Below, one piece after another: positions 13,142-25,980 of a stretch of DNA of 64,000 nucleotides (positions within the stretch are counted from its first letter, which is position 1; each line of letters opens with the position of its first letter). The notes beneath the pieces were generated by a model. That model did no database searches and was not told the DNA's origin. It worked only from the letters and a program-made list of their open reading frames with translations. The position numbers and the translations under genes were made by a program. The stretch is from Takakia lepidozioides (Eukaryota; Plantae; Bryophyta): positions 28,954,001-29,018,000 of the forward strand of contig CM060734.1 in the NCBI GenBank assembly GCA_030704615.1, written 5' to 3'.

Positions 13142-13868
13142 TGTCGCGGCCCTTTGCCTTGAGGGCAGGGGGCCAAGACACAAGAGGGGCTGCCCCTATG
13201 GTGGGGGCAGCGGCAGCAAGTAGGAAAGGGGGCTGAAGCACCCTTGAGTGCTGAAGGCACTCAAGGAGGCGAAGGCGCTCACTAGGTGGAGCCCTGCAAA
13301 ACCGGGTTGCGGTGGGGGGGGGCCTCCACGTGGGGTGGTGGTAGCTTAGGGAATCGTAGTGGGGGTGGCATAGGACTCACCACGGGGCTGTGGCCTTGTG
13401 GTGGGAGTCGTGGGGAGTCTTGGGGCTCACCACGGTCCATTGGGGCCGTGGTGGGTGAGCCAAGACTCACCGTGACTCATCACAGGGAGTCGAGGGTCTT
13501 GGTGGTGGTTCACCAGAAAAGGACTTGGCTGTTTGTGAGACCCCCGCCGACACCTACAGAAGCATATATAGGGAGTAGTAACTCCGAGAACGGTGAAAGC
13601 CCGTTGAGCGACCAAAAGCTAGTGAGCAAGCAAGCGAGCCGGAAAGCGACCAAGGTGTGGGGAGCTATTCCGGACTGCCTACAACTAAAGGGAATTTCCA
13701 ATGGGCCCAATTGTTCGAGGGTCCAGTGGGGGAACAAGGGGGACCATTATGCCCAGGTGAGCAGCCGAAGCTCCGAGTTGGCCTGGCGGCCAGTTTGGGA
13801 GTTAGGTACGCGCATCAAAGCGAGCAACTATGACTTGAAGGGGAGTTTACCAACTGAGGTGCGCGACA
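13142..13868 (+). repeat. LTR of the same family (3'-type), preceded by ~350 bp of the element's 3' internal region
   Basis: TGTCGCG...CGCGACA ends; the upstream 12770-13141 is homologous to the reverse complement of 18655-19025. Confidence 0.88.
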
Positions 13869-14249
13869 GTTTGGCTTGCCTTCCTTGAACTCCCGACGAG
13901 ATGAATTCAAGGTCAGATGGTGGGGTCAGCTCCAACATACGTCGAATATCAGATGTCCTAAGTTAATGGACTTTATGTCTTGGAATCGGCATGGCCCTGT
14001 CAAACATGCTAAGTCTTAGCAGAAGAGAGTATAAGAGATTCTCAAGGATCAAAATCTTCTACATCCTCTGTTTGTTGCCAGGAAATTGTCCAATGGAAAT
14101 GAAGTTAGGCAGAAAACTTCCCTGAGCTTGTTCCCAGTCTGTGGCATGGGGGAGGACATCAGGGTAACCTCAAGGGTCCTAGAGGAAAGGGAGAGTGCAC
14201 ATGCCCGTTGTGTGGGCAACCTGAAGACAATATTCATTTTCTGATTCGG

Positions 14250-14457
14250 TGTCCAGGGTCCTGTCAGCAGAGAGACCTTCTCCTCAAATCTATCAAGGGA
14301 ATTGTGCCTGTAAGAATGAATGTACTCATAAGACGTTGTTTTCCGTAGCTTTGTGGCCATTGACCCTGTGCCCAGTTTGTTTGGTAAACAGAGGTATAGG
14401 CACAATTCCCTTGATAGATTTGAGGAGAGCGTCTCTCTGGTGAGAGAACCCCGGACA
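14250..14457. repeat. Long inverted repeat (~60-bp arms, ~88-bp spacer); MITE-like or hairpin RNA
   Basis: 14250-14309 pairs with the reverse complement of 14398-14457, including a perfect TCTCCTCAAATCTATCAAGGGAATTGTGCCT core. Confidence 0.85.
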
Positions 14458-15517
14458 ATTTAAATTTGTAAGAGAGGGGGGGAGACAGATGCAAAAACAA
14501 GCTTGTTCATGCTAATGCCTTCATCTATGGCAAAGTGTGCTATGCTAATTGCATTGAATATACCTGTGACAAATGTGCAGCGATTGACCTTTCATGCATT
14601 TACAGCTGCAGACCTTGCCCAATTTTTGGTAATCCTTGAGAACTTGCTCATGCTTGAAAAATGCCTCATCATAGTTAGCCTTTGTAAAATTTGTTGTCTC
14701 TGGGGCTGTATAAAGGCCGTGCTACAGGCACGTGCTGTGCCACAAACATATGGGCATCCACCTCAACCCCCAACATATAATGTGGGGACCTCCGGGAGGG
14801 TCATGGCAATGGCATGCGAACCAAGGAATGCACACTCTGCAGCAATGGCCGCACACACCAAACCTGTTGCATGCATGAAAATGTGTGCAGTCTCTCTTTT
14901 CTTTTGACTGTTGGAATGACCTCCTGGGTCTTCCCATGAACGATCCACCATCTATGTAGCTGGAGTTTCAACCAAGGCTTATACTTCTGCATATGGGCTC
15001 AGTGTCTCTCTGGCCAAAGGGGGTGGGGGGAAAACGACACCCAAGCTTGTTTTTTCTCATTTGTCACCTGAAGCTAACACCTTAACCAGACATCACACAA
15101 CTGCCATACATCACATATCATCACCTAAGGACAGGCTTTCACGCCCATAACATCATCGACAAATCGATATAGCAGTAGCAACCAAGTATTTTCATTGGTT
15201 TGAGCTGATGGCACCAATGAGTTGAAGGGGATAAAACCAATCATAATGAATAACAAATCATTTGACTCTTAAAGCTTCTACCAGTTCAAGCCAAGGCAAT
15301 CTCGCATCAGCTCAGGTTATGGGATTCAACCACTAACAACTTTGATCTTTTGAATTGTCAAGTGTCCATGCTGGCAACAAAAAACTTCAAGTGACTTCAA
15401 GCCATGGGGCTGGAGTTCAAGTTTCCGGTCTGTGGCACATTTTCTTAAACACACCCGGAGAAGTGTTGAACCAGGAGCTCCATCAGAAGGCTGTGATTAT
15501 GTGTACAACTCACCATG

Positions 15518-16510
15518 TCACAGAAGGCTCCGTTGCTTGAAAACTGCATGCATAGCTGCGCCAATCTGAGCAGGGGATTCAACCACTGTCACACCAGCAG
15601 CTTTGAGAGTCTTGATCTTATCTTGGGCAGTCCCCTTCCCTCCAGATATGATGGCTCCGGCATGACCCATGCGTCTGCCTGGAGGCGCAGTCAAACCTGC
15701 AATGAAGGATACTACAGGCTTGTCCGTTCCACTGTCTTTGATGAATTGCGCCGCATCTTCTTCTGCCGACCCCCCAATTTCTCCGATCAAAACTATACCC
15801 TCAGTTTGCGGATCTAAAACGAATTTCTCAAGACAATCCAAAAAGTTGGTCCCATTAAAAGGGTCGCCACCAATTCCTACACACGTTGACTGCCCGAGTC
15901 CCACAGCTGTAGTCTGGAAAACAGCTTCGTAAGTGAGAGTTCCGGATCGAGACACAATACCAATGCGGCCAGGCTTGTGGATATAACCAGGCATGATCCC
16001 AATCTTGCATTCTCCAGGCTTTATGATGCCTGGACAATTTGGCCCTATCAAACGTGTTCTCGATTGCGAGATCAACGCCGCTTTCACACGAACCATGTCG
16101 TGCTGTGGAATGCCCTCCGTAATGCACACTACCAGATCCAACTCAGTATCCAGAGCTTCCAGGATCGCAGACGCTGCCATCTTTGGCGGCACATAGATCA
16201 CTGAAGCATTTGCTTTTGTCTCTGCCTTTGCCTCCGCCACCGAGTTGAAAACCGGAAGACCCAAATGCTCAGTGCCCCCTTTATTTGGCGTCACCCCACC
16301 CACCATCTTGGTTCCATAGTCAATGGCCTGCTCCGTATGAAACGTTCCATTTTTCCCAGTAATGCCTTGGCAAATCACGCGCGTGTTCTTGTCCACGAAC
16401 ACTGCTGGTGCCGCAGACATGTGGCGAACGGCCTGCCCACTGGAAACCCACTCTGCCTCGCCCACACATCTTTGCGTAACGCGCACCAGGCTGCGCACCC
16501 CTCTCATCAT
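15518..16510 (-). CDS. SUCLG1: Succinyl-CoA ligase [ADP/GDP-forming] alpha subunit, mitochondrial precursor; intronless (sucD/SUCLG1 homologue)
   Basis: [54 protein letters not shown] and catalytic RMGHAGA are all present. Arg/Ser-rich presequence follows the ATG at 16510. Uninterrupted 330 codons. Confidence 0.97.
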   Translation of the reverse strand: MMRGVRSLVRVTQRCVGEAEWVSSGQAVRHMSAAPAVFVDKNTRVICQGITGKNGTFHTEQAIDYGTKMVGGVTPNKGGTEHLGLPVFNSVAEAKAETKANASVIYVPPKMAASAILEALDTELDLVVCITEGIPQHDMVRVKAALISQSRTRLIGPNCPGIIKPGECKIGIMPGYIHKPGRIGIVSRSGTLTYEAVFQTTAVGLGQSTCVGIGGDPFNGTNFLDCLEKFVLDPQTEGIVLIGEIGGSAEEDAAQFIKDSGTDKPVVSFIAGLTAPPGRRMGHAGAIISGGKGTAQDKIKTLKAAGVTVVESPAQIGAAMHAVFKQRSLL

Positions 16511-17016
16511 TCTTTCCAATTCCTCTCCTCTCCACCAAAACACTCCAACCAAGCTCCGCAGCGCAGATCAGAATGCCAAAAAAGACGGGTCTCACTCACT
16601 TGTGAACCTGTCAGTCGATCTTGTCAGATGCTCACGCAGCTGATTAGCTGCTTGTCCGAATCCAGTGACAATCGATGAGAGAGAGAGTGTCTGTCTGTCT
16701 ACGTTTGACGCAACACTCACTCTCCTTTTAGGGTTCTAAACCCTAGACCCTGTAGACCTTCTTATACGGATGGTTACAGAGTAACCAGGGTTAACTGATA
16801 ACGGACCGATTATGCCAGAGCGGCAAAAGACTCTATCGGCCGATTTCAAAGGCTGAAGGAGGGACGATAAACGGCGCGCGTCTTCTTACAAGACATCCGT
16901 TCACATGCAAAGAAAATACCTATGTCGGTAAACAGACATCCATCTGCCGGCCGACGCCGAGCCGGCATTGGTTACTCTGTCAGAGCATCTGCTGAAAATA
17001 TTCCTATACTGCCAGG

Positions 17017-18235
17017 TTTTTTTTTTTTTTCCAAGAGGGGTCAAAACTTTATTTATAGGGGAAAAAATAAAACCCCGATAGAGCCATGAAGCAAACACGC
17101 TCCAAGCAGTGCTCGGGCGAACCCAAGAGAGGCAGAAATACCAGCCAAAGCTGCGAGAGGAAGCCATCGAGGCCCTTCTCCCAAGCAAAGCCTATCACGA
17201 GAAATGAAGGGCAAGCATATCTAAGAGCAATTAACATAGTGCAGGAAACACGCTGCAAGCAATGAGGGCGAACCCATGAGAGACAGAAATACCAGCCAAA
17301 GCTTACGGGATCAAGGGGAAGCCATCGAGGCCCTTCTCCTCAACGAAGCCTATCATGAGAAATGAAGGGCAAGCAAACCTAAGAGCTATTAACATAGTGG
17401 AGAAAACACGCTGCAAGCAGTGAGGCGAACCCAAGAGACAGAAATACCAGCCAAAGCTGCAGGGGTCAAAAGGAAGCCATCGAGGCCCTTCTCCAGAGCG
17501 AAGCCTATCACAAGCTAAGAGCGACTACCATAGTGGAAAAGGCCTGTGAGTTCCATAAATGCGTGGGATGAGCCACCCCGAGAGCAAGTGGCCAACGCCT
17601 AAACGATCGAAGCTAAGTCTTGTGACCGATTTGGGGTTGACATGGCGACTTTACCTCCTTGTCATAATCCGGGGAGAGAAAGTAAGATGGAGTTGAGACC
17701 CTGCCAGGCAGGGGGCGGGTGGGCAGACCAAATGCAGATGGCTGGCGAAGAACTTGAGCATAAGATTCCATCCCTTTCCCATGATGTTTGGAAATGTTCG
17801 TGGAGCTTATACTCATTCTCCAGAGATTTTCTGATGTCTGCAACCAATTTCAACTGGTCTTTCTCCCCTCAGTTTGCACATCATAGAATATGAGAGAAAG
17901 CAGCATGGATAGAGTGGAGTGAGTATTTGAAAGAGTCCACTGACAATGAGCTTTCCATATATTCCAGAGTGTAGCACCCCTGAGGGTCTCAAAGACAAGA
18001 CATTGACAGAAGATGTCTTTGGATAAGGTACAGTAATTAAGCAGTTGATGGATCGGTGTGACTAGTAGGGGGTTCCAAGTTTGTGTGATGTGAAGAACAC
18101 ACCAAGCTTGGAATTGAGCATTGCAGGAGGCAGTGTTCGATGTATTCAGCTAAGCCCAAATGGCAGCACTTGCATAGAAGTGCATCATGGAATTGGAGCC
18201 ATGCTCCTACCTTAAGTACTTTGTTGGCGATTTGT
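17017..18235 (-). mobile_element. LINE 3' end (zf-RVT region, 3' UTR, poly-A tail)
   Basis: VLKVGAWLQFHDALLCKCCHLGLAEYIEHCLLQC matches the other LINE C-termini in the window; T-run at ~17017-17030 on the plus strand. Confidence 0.75.
17117..17535. repeat. Three tandem ~150-157-bp units in the LINE 3' UTR
   Basis: GCGAACCCA.GAGA..CAGAAATACCAGCCAAAGCT...GGAAGCCATCGAGGCCCTTCTCC recurs at about 17117, 17268 and 17425. Confidence 0.85.
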
Positions 18236-18239
18236 ACTT

Positions 18240-19025
18240 CTGTGACTGTCCGCGGGGGTTTCACAAACAACACCGTCTTTTTATGGCGAACCACCACGAA
18301 GACCCTTGACTCCTGGTGATGAGTCGCGGTGAGTCTTGGCCCACCCACCACGGCCCCAATGGACCGTGATGAGTCCCAAGACTCCCCACGACTCCCACCA
18401 CAAGGTCTCCGCCCCATGGTGAGTCCTATGCCACCCCCACTAAGACCTCCTAAGCTACCACCACCCCTCGTGGAACCACCCCCACCGCAACCCCATGTGC
18501 GGGGCTCCACCTAGTAAGCGCCTTCGCCTCCTTGAGTGCCTTGGGCACTCAAGGGTGCTTCAGCCCCCGTACCTATTGTTGCCACTGCCCCCACCACAGG
18601 GGCAGCCCCTCTTGTGTCCCGACCCCCCTGCCTTCAAGGCAAAGGGCCGCGACACACACCCCTACCAACAGGGAGTCGATGTCCTCATCGACTTGTCAAT
18701 TTTGTAGAAACTAACATCCAAGTTGTGGCGTCCCACATCAAAGAGTTTGTTTCCGTACCATGGCGTCCCATGGCAAAGAACCAAACCCCCACTTGACTCT
18801 ACTCTCCACTAGCTAGTTCGGCCGACTTCCTCCAAGTCTCGGCCAAGGGTGGAGCCTCTCCAGCTCCACCCAGTGCACTCTTCTTGGCCCACTTCAAGGC
18901 CAAGGAACGATCCTCCCCGAGAATCGAATCGCCTTACTGCAACAACATTGCTTGCGATCGCTCATGATGCCGCTTTTTGGCATCACCTTGAGCAAGGGTT
19001 CACCTTGAACCAACCATGCGCCCCA
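18240..19025 (-). mobile_element. Truncated LTR (to 18654) plus 3' internal region of the 8132/13142 gypsy family
   Basis: Reverse complement of ~8132-8545 and of 12770-13141. Confidence 0.85.
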
Positions 19026-19099
19026 ACCACTACAATTGGGTCCGCCTTGGAATGTTGGCCTGAGGTACGGGAACACGCCGAAGCCGCACTACGACTTCG

Positions 19100-21690
19100 T
19101 CCCGAGGTTACACGATTCCACCCTAAGAACCCCCCCAAAAATACAACCCCTAACTGCTATAATGTTATGGTATGCCCATAAACCTAGACCTAATAACCTC
19201 CAATATATACCCTCCATCCACTCACTTGCCATCAGCTCTACAACTCCTCATACCCACCCCCAAACCACCAATCCTATATCCCACCCACACTATTCAAACC
19301 CTAACCTACTCATATCATTTAACCTAATATATTACAACTTAAAACGCCATCCACACCTCAATAAGTCTAAACACTATTATCATCACCCCCCTTTGCAAGA
19401 AAATGCATACCTAAACACCTTCACAACACTTATATTACTACGTTGTGGCGACATACACCCAAACCCAGGACCTCCCACCATCGCTGATATCACGAAACAA
19501 CTAGTACCCCGGGACCCCAGAGAACGATATATTCTCTACTTTCAGCCAGGCTCTATATCGCTCACGCATAACTAGCAACATATCTACGACCACTTCACTC
19601 ATTTTCTTCCCAATACACAACCCACCAACCCCCCACCCACACAACATATCTCCACTTTGGTCTTCCGACTTGTAAACATCCCGCACTCTCTCAGGCTACC
19701 CAAAAACTTGCTGCCTTTCCCACACAATATATCCTCTTCTCCCTCGTGATTCTCATCTCCCCCATCCTGGAGACATGTAACCAATACTTCTAATCCCACT
19801 CTGATTCCCACATCTTCTCCCTCCTACACAAACTCCAAGAACTACCTCCACACCCCCACAATTACTTAGCTCCCCCCCCCACTATCTATCCACACTCCAC
19901 TCATCTCTTAATCTGTTGCAATCCAACTCCGGTGTAGTACACAAAATCCTAGGAGACCACCTGGCCTCCGTAACCACCTCTGCCACGACCTTCATCCTAT
20001 CACTAATAAATTCCCTTTTCTCTCCAAAGACATCCTCTCTGCCACCCTTCTGGCTGTCAACCCCATCCCTGGGTATCAACCCCCACTCATACTTCCACCA
20101 CCCCTATCAACTACACCGATTCCTACCCAGACCGACACAAACGCGTCAGTTCTCTCTCCCAGCCATACTTCCATAAACTGCACTTACTCACTCAACATCA
20201 CTTCTTGGAAGTCGGATCCCTGGCCACCAGTATTCAAAGCCTTATCCACCTCCTGGCGGACTCCACCCCCCCACACATTATTCTATTACAAGAAACCAAG
20301 TTACACACCCACGATACTAATAGCTCCTACATAAATAGACTATTACTAGATTACTACCTACTCTATGGTACTCCTTTTACTGCCACACAATGCCTTATAC
20401 GGCGTTCTGCGCCATACAAACCCACCAGAGGCGGGGTTGCTTTAGGCATTCTACGTTCACACCACTCCCCTAGCACCACCACTAAAATCTCTATCCCCAT
20501 TCCTCTCCGATCTCATCTCCAAATTATCCAGCTACACCCACTAGATCTATGCCCCATTATCCTTATCCACATGTACATGCCATCTCACACAGATGACCTA
20601 CAGCTTATACCGGAAATATTAAACACAATTTCCAGCACAATCACCAACCCCGAACACCAGCATTACCATGTCATACTAGCAGGGGACTTTGATAGAGACA
20701 TCGCCCTCCTGGGCCACACATTCAACGATACACGCAAACCCCCTACCCCAATAGATCACGAACGGGGCTAAATTCACTTCACAACGTCAACTCAAATACA
20801 TCCCTACTCATCAACACTACTCCAGACAAGGCGGACTTAATTACTCTTCATTAAGCCTCGTAGACAGCTTCTATCTCAAAATCCGCGGGGAGATCCCCAC
20901 ATATCTTATGAGTCACATACACATTGACAGTTTATGTAACTCAAACCACTACCCCATATCCCTCTCTCTCCCCCCCTCACTCGTCCCCTTTTGACCCATC
21001 CCCGACGTACACACCCCACCCCCCCCCCCAGCCCAGAGTTCTCTCACCACTACCCTTACGCTGTATCGCCGCATTCCAAACTCACTTCCAGTCCACCGCC
21101 CCCACCCTAATACAAAAACTATCCCACGTCCTCTCCGACTCAAACCTCTCCCAGCACCTTGAATCTACCTGGCTCGAAGCAAGACTCCTCCTCACATCCA
21201 AATTACAATTGATGACAAAAAGTGTTGTAGCCACGTGCTGATCGGCCCCTCCCAACCTACCTCAAACCACACACTCAAAGCAGAACGGTGGCTACCTCAC
21301 CCGAACTCAAAAGAGAGAATGGACCTCCCACCTTGACATTTATCACACCATACGCCGCACTCTCACTACCATCCCAAACCCACCCACGACTTACCGTCAC
21401 GATAACTGGAGAACTGACCCCCGCATCGTGTGCTTAAACGCCTTACCTGCATGTCAACCACTATTACCCCCCCAGATGACCCCTCCACTCTTCCCACTTG
21501 GATTGCCTCCCTATCCAAGCTAGGTAGGGATGCCAAAAAAAGCCGCCCACACTATCACTAAACAAAAAGCCACAGCCAAGAAATTTGTTTCTTCTTTTGG
21601 GCAACTATTACATGACCATCCCAAAAGAGCCCACAGAGCCATCTTTAACCCAGCTGTAAACCCCACCATAGACTGCCTCAATCACCAACT
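19100..21690 (+). mobile_element. 5' part of a C-rich LINE: 2A-like peptide followed by an APE endonuclease; truncated before RT
   Basis: LILLRCGDIHPNPGP at 19429-19473; ORF 20205-20771 has IILLQETKL, RGGVAL, HMYMP and VILAGDFD. Confidence 0.75.
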
Positions 21691-21699
21691 TCGACAAAG

Positions 21700-24367
21700 G
21701 TGATGTCAGCTAAGAAGGATATCTATGGCAATTGGACAAAAAGAACGATGTGTGGGGACTATCGTCCTGTGAACTGTCAGACTAAGTCCGATAGATATGA
21801 CATGCCAACTCCAAGTGAGATCTTTGATGCCATTAGGCATGCAAAGGTGTTTAGCACATTGGACTTGCGATCCAGTTACCACCAGTTGCCAATCAAAGAG
21901 GCTGACAAGCAAAAGACGGCATTCTGGGGGATTGACAATATGGGAAAGATTGTTTGTACCAATGGCAGTTCTTACCGTTTGGGTTGAAGAATGCTCCTGC
22001 AGAGTTTCAGAGGGTCATGGATAAGATTCTCGCATGGCTAGACTTCGTCCGGTGCTAGATTGATGACATCATCATCTTTAGTGTTACGGGTGAGGAGCAT
22101 GAGAGACACCTTCAGGTGGTGGTTGAGCGCTTGAGATCGCACGGGTCGAAACTGCACCTCGGAAAGTACAAGTTCTTCCACAACCAGATTGAGTATCTGG
22201 ACCACATGATATATCCTGGAGGATTGGGTGTTCAACAGACAAAGGTGGAGGCCATTGCATGCATTCCACGCCCTATGGATGTGAACAGAGTTTGTGCTTT
22301 CATGGGATTGGCAAACTACTACCGCCGGTTTGTCAAGGGATTTTGCAACATTGCAAAGACTCTTACCAAGTTGACTAAGGTGGGTCAAGAGTGGCAGTGG
22401 GAGGAGGAGGAGGAGGAAGCCTTTGAGGAACTCAAGGCTCGATTGACTTTTGTACCTATTCTGAGGTGGTCTATTCGGGGGCGGCCTTTCCAACTACATA
22501 CGGATTGGAGTATGCTGGGGTTTAGAGTAGTGCTCACACAGCTGGATAATGAGGGAAGAGAGTTTGTAGTGGCATATGCTAGCCGCTCAAACAATGATGT
22601 CGAGGCGAAGTATAGCTCATATGAAGGAGAGTGTCTAGCTGCAGTATGGACAGTGGCACATTTCAGATGCTACCTCTATGACAATCTCTTCACCCTTGTC
22701 ACGGATCACTAACCATTGAAGTGGTTGATGGAGTCAGACAAGCTTACAGGGAAGCTTGCACGGTGGGCACTTATGCTTCAAGAGTACGACTTCCAGGTGG
22801 TGCATCGAGCCGATATTGTCAATCGGGATGCGGATGGGTTGAGTCGTAATCCATGCACGAGTGAGCATGATGATACTGGGGCTCGGTGGCATGGTGACAC
22901 AGATGAAGAGATGGTGCCAGGATGGCATGCATATATCTTTTTGTGCATTCTAGCAATGGGAGCTCAAGCTGGTCTATTCCATGCGATTGGTCATGTAGAT
23001 TGGGTGCATGATGATCCAGAGATCAGTGAAGAGCTTGGTGGTGCTAAGGATGTGCATGAAGATGCAGCAGTGTTGGCCTACCTTCGTACCGGAGAGACAG
23101 CAGCTAGTGTGACTGCTAAGGAGAGAGATCGGATCCTACAACGAGCCAAGAGGTTAAAGTGGGAGGGGACTCACCTGCTCCGAGTATGGGAGGATGGACG
23201 AATGAGGATTGTGCCTCATCCAACACAACGAGCGCGATCGGTACGCCATTCCCATGAGGAGTTGGGACATTTTGGGGTGCGGTGCACTCATAGTTTGCTG
23301 CAGGGACAGTATTGGTGGCGGGGCATGCACACGGATGTGCAACAATTAGTGGCAAGGTGCATGGTGTGTGATAGAGTGCGGGCTTCTTTCAACGCACCTA
23401 CTCCACAATTGCATCATTTACCCATTATGGGTTTGGGCTATCATTGGAGTCTTGACTTCGCTCGCCATAACAAGTATGTGCTGGTGATGGTGGAACACTT
23501 CTCCAAATGGATTGAACTGGTGGCATTGCCTGACAAGGCAAGTGAGAAGGCTGCGTATGCATTTTTAGATCGAGTGCTTAGCCAATTTGGTGCTCCAGCC
23601 GAGGTACTCACGGACCAGGGGAGAGAGTTCTTGGGGGAGTTTCAGGCTTTGTGTGAGCAAGCCGTGATAGATCACCACACTACTATGTAGCCTTGGGTAG
23701 CTATGGGCTATAGGTTCAGCAAACAAGCTTCACTTGCCTCATTTTCACTTTACTTTCTTCTCTTCGGCCGAGAGCCAGAATTGCCTGCATCTATTTACAT
23801 GGAGGCTGCAGTAGTCCTCAACCTTGATGATCCAGATGTGTGGACACAAGCATGTGCCCAACAGGCAGAGTTGTTCAAGAGAGTCATGCCTATGGCTTTT
23901 GAAAACCTTAATATTGCCCAACACTGAGACACATTGAGGTACGCCACTATACGTGGAGGGGGATATCGGCCAAGTGTTCGGTGTTTCCACCGTGGCGACT
24001 ATGTGTATCTGCAGCAGACAGCGCCTACGACCTTGGATGTCACAGCATGACGTGTGATTCTAAGGATCAGGGAGGTGTTGTCTTCAAGAGTATTGATTCT
24101 CGAGGGTCAAGATGGCCTGGTATGGAAGAACCATGTGCGCAATTGTGCACCCTGTCACCTTCCACATGTGGATGGGAGAATAGATCCCAACTTGCAATGG
24201 TATCTGCAGGGTTGCGTTACATGCTATGTGGGCATGCTGGTGGTGCCGCAACCATGTTAGTGTGTGACAAATGCTCAAGGGGGTGGCACATGGGATGCTT
24301 GACACAACAACTTGAGGAGGTTCTTAGCGGAGAATGGTTGTGTCCACGATGCCTTGGACAGAGGTAG
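21700..24367 (+). pseudogene. 5'-truncated, decayed Ty3/gypsy pol (RT-RNase H-integrase-PHD), same family as 43929-56125
   Basis: Closely similar in protein to 44892-47865 (MCGDYRPVN, HTDWSMLG, HEELGHFG, VLTDQGREF); C-terminal YMLC..CDKC..WHMGC..WLCPRC. Confidence 0.93.
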
Positions 24368-24603
24368 TGGGCATAACAATGGTGAGGTTGACAAGTGATC
24401 CAAGGTCTTGCTAGTGGGGCTTCAATGCCATAGATACTCGACTGAAGATCATGGATTGCATGAAGGCGACTAACGATGGGGCTACTTTTGCACCCGACCT
24501 CTTGATCTATCGACTTCAGACATTGGGACTTGTGCGATTGAAGACCAAGCGATGATCTTATTAGGGAGGATACTTGGGTGTTAGAGGGACCTAATCACCA
24601 GCT

Positions 24604-25083
24604 AGGGGGGCGTTTGTGGCATAGCTTTCTAGGACTATATGCTAGGAAGTGTGGTTGGACAGCGATGTATGTTGTGGCACGATGCTTAGGTGCACGACAG
24701 CTGTCATGGTTTTGTTTGTGATTAGTTAGAAATAGTTATTTCTAGCTAATTAGGACTTTATACATTTATATTTATATTTCGTAGGCATTGGGACTTCATT
24801 TGGTTCCATGTGCCAAGTGAGGTGGCGAACCTCACTTAGGATGTGGAGATGTTTATCTCCACATGATGTGCAGGAAAGATCGTCTTCTTCTAGTCAAGCC
24901 TTCCAAGGCCTCTCTCGCCGCCATAGCTCTAGTATTTGAGATGGAGAGTGGGTGAGATCTGTATGGTGGAGTCCTTTAGCAAAGGTGCCATTGGCTTGAC
25001 TTATATAACGTGGGGTTTCACCTCTTTTCACCATTTCCGTATCATTGTAGCATAGCTTTCTAGGACTATATGCTAGGAAGTGT
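24604..25083 (+). repeat. PPT plus split terminal repeats Y(24615-24699)-gc-X(24702-25044)-t-Y'(25046-25083, truncated)
   Basis: AGGGGGG PPT; TGT.GCATAGCTTTCTAGGACTATATGCTAGGAAGTGT occurs twice; GACAGCTGTC palindrome at the Y/X junction. Confidence 0.85.
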
Positions 25084-25980
25084 CATTTTTCCAAAATCGC
25101 TAGAGGGGCCACATGTGAATTCTACCCAGCGCCCATGTGGCGGGAATGACGAGGTGACAAGGTTAGAGAAGTGGCTACATAACAGGTGACACAGTTTAAC
25201 GGATCCACATAGGCGAAATCAGGCTCATGATTCTCAACTACTGGCGCTTTTCCGGCGAATTCTCATTTTTTTACCCCCCATAATTCCTTTGTACAAGTAG
25301 CTGACCCATTTCCAGGTCGAAATCTGACCGGAAGAAAAAACAATATCATGGGTTCAACTATTCTCCTCAATAATTTGGGTTTTGAAGACTAACGTTGGAT
25401 CCAGCCAGATCAACGGCCAGACATAGGATCATCATGAAAATCACGGGGACAGAAAGAGAACAATCTAACCCGGAATTCAGATCCGGGTTTGACACCACTT
25501 TCCTTCACTCTGGATAACAATCCCTCATCCGAGCACATCCATCCCTGCCAAGCTTAACTTAATGCTGCATCAAAACACTCATATTGCAGTCAGCTTCATC
25601 ATGTGTATGTTGCCAATCCTTTCTTTTTTGGCATCCTGCCAAGGAAGCTCCCACACATATCTACCCACCCTAAATATTTGGGTCCTTGGCCCATCCTCTG
25701 ACACCTTCACACTCAGGTCCTCACTGCACACATAACTTAGCCTTCTTTAGCAGGATTGTTATTAGGGTTCGTGTGTCCTAGGGTGTGCTGCCTCAGATCT
25801 ACAGTGGTGGACTCCCAAGCTCCAGTAGGCCTTGAAATTAGTGCATTCGTGTATTATGGGAGTGACTGACTGGATTGAGAGCAATTGTTTTTATGTTCTT
25901 TATGCATGGCATAGAAAAGGCTGTCGTACACCATCTCTGAGGACTCACTGCACCACACCCAACAGCGGCTTCCTATTTTT

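Noticed and set aside
8132-13868. A single intact LTR element bounded by these two LTRs
   Set aside because: The flanks differ (TTGTG vs GTTTG, no TSD), the LTRs are visibly diverged and the integrase is truncated; probably chimeric or rearranged.
16511-16552. N-terminal extension of SCS-alpha given in the ORF track
   Set aside because: It starts at a non-ATG codon; the first ATG at 16510 gives a plausible mitochondrial presequence.
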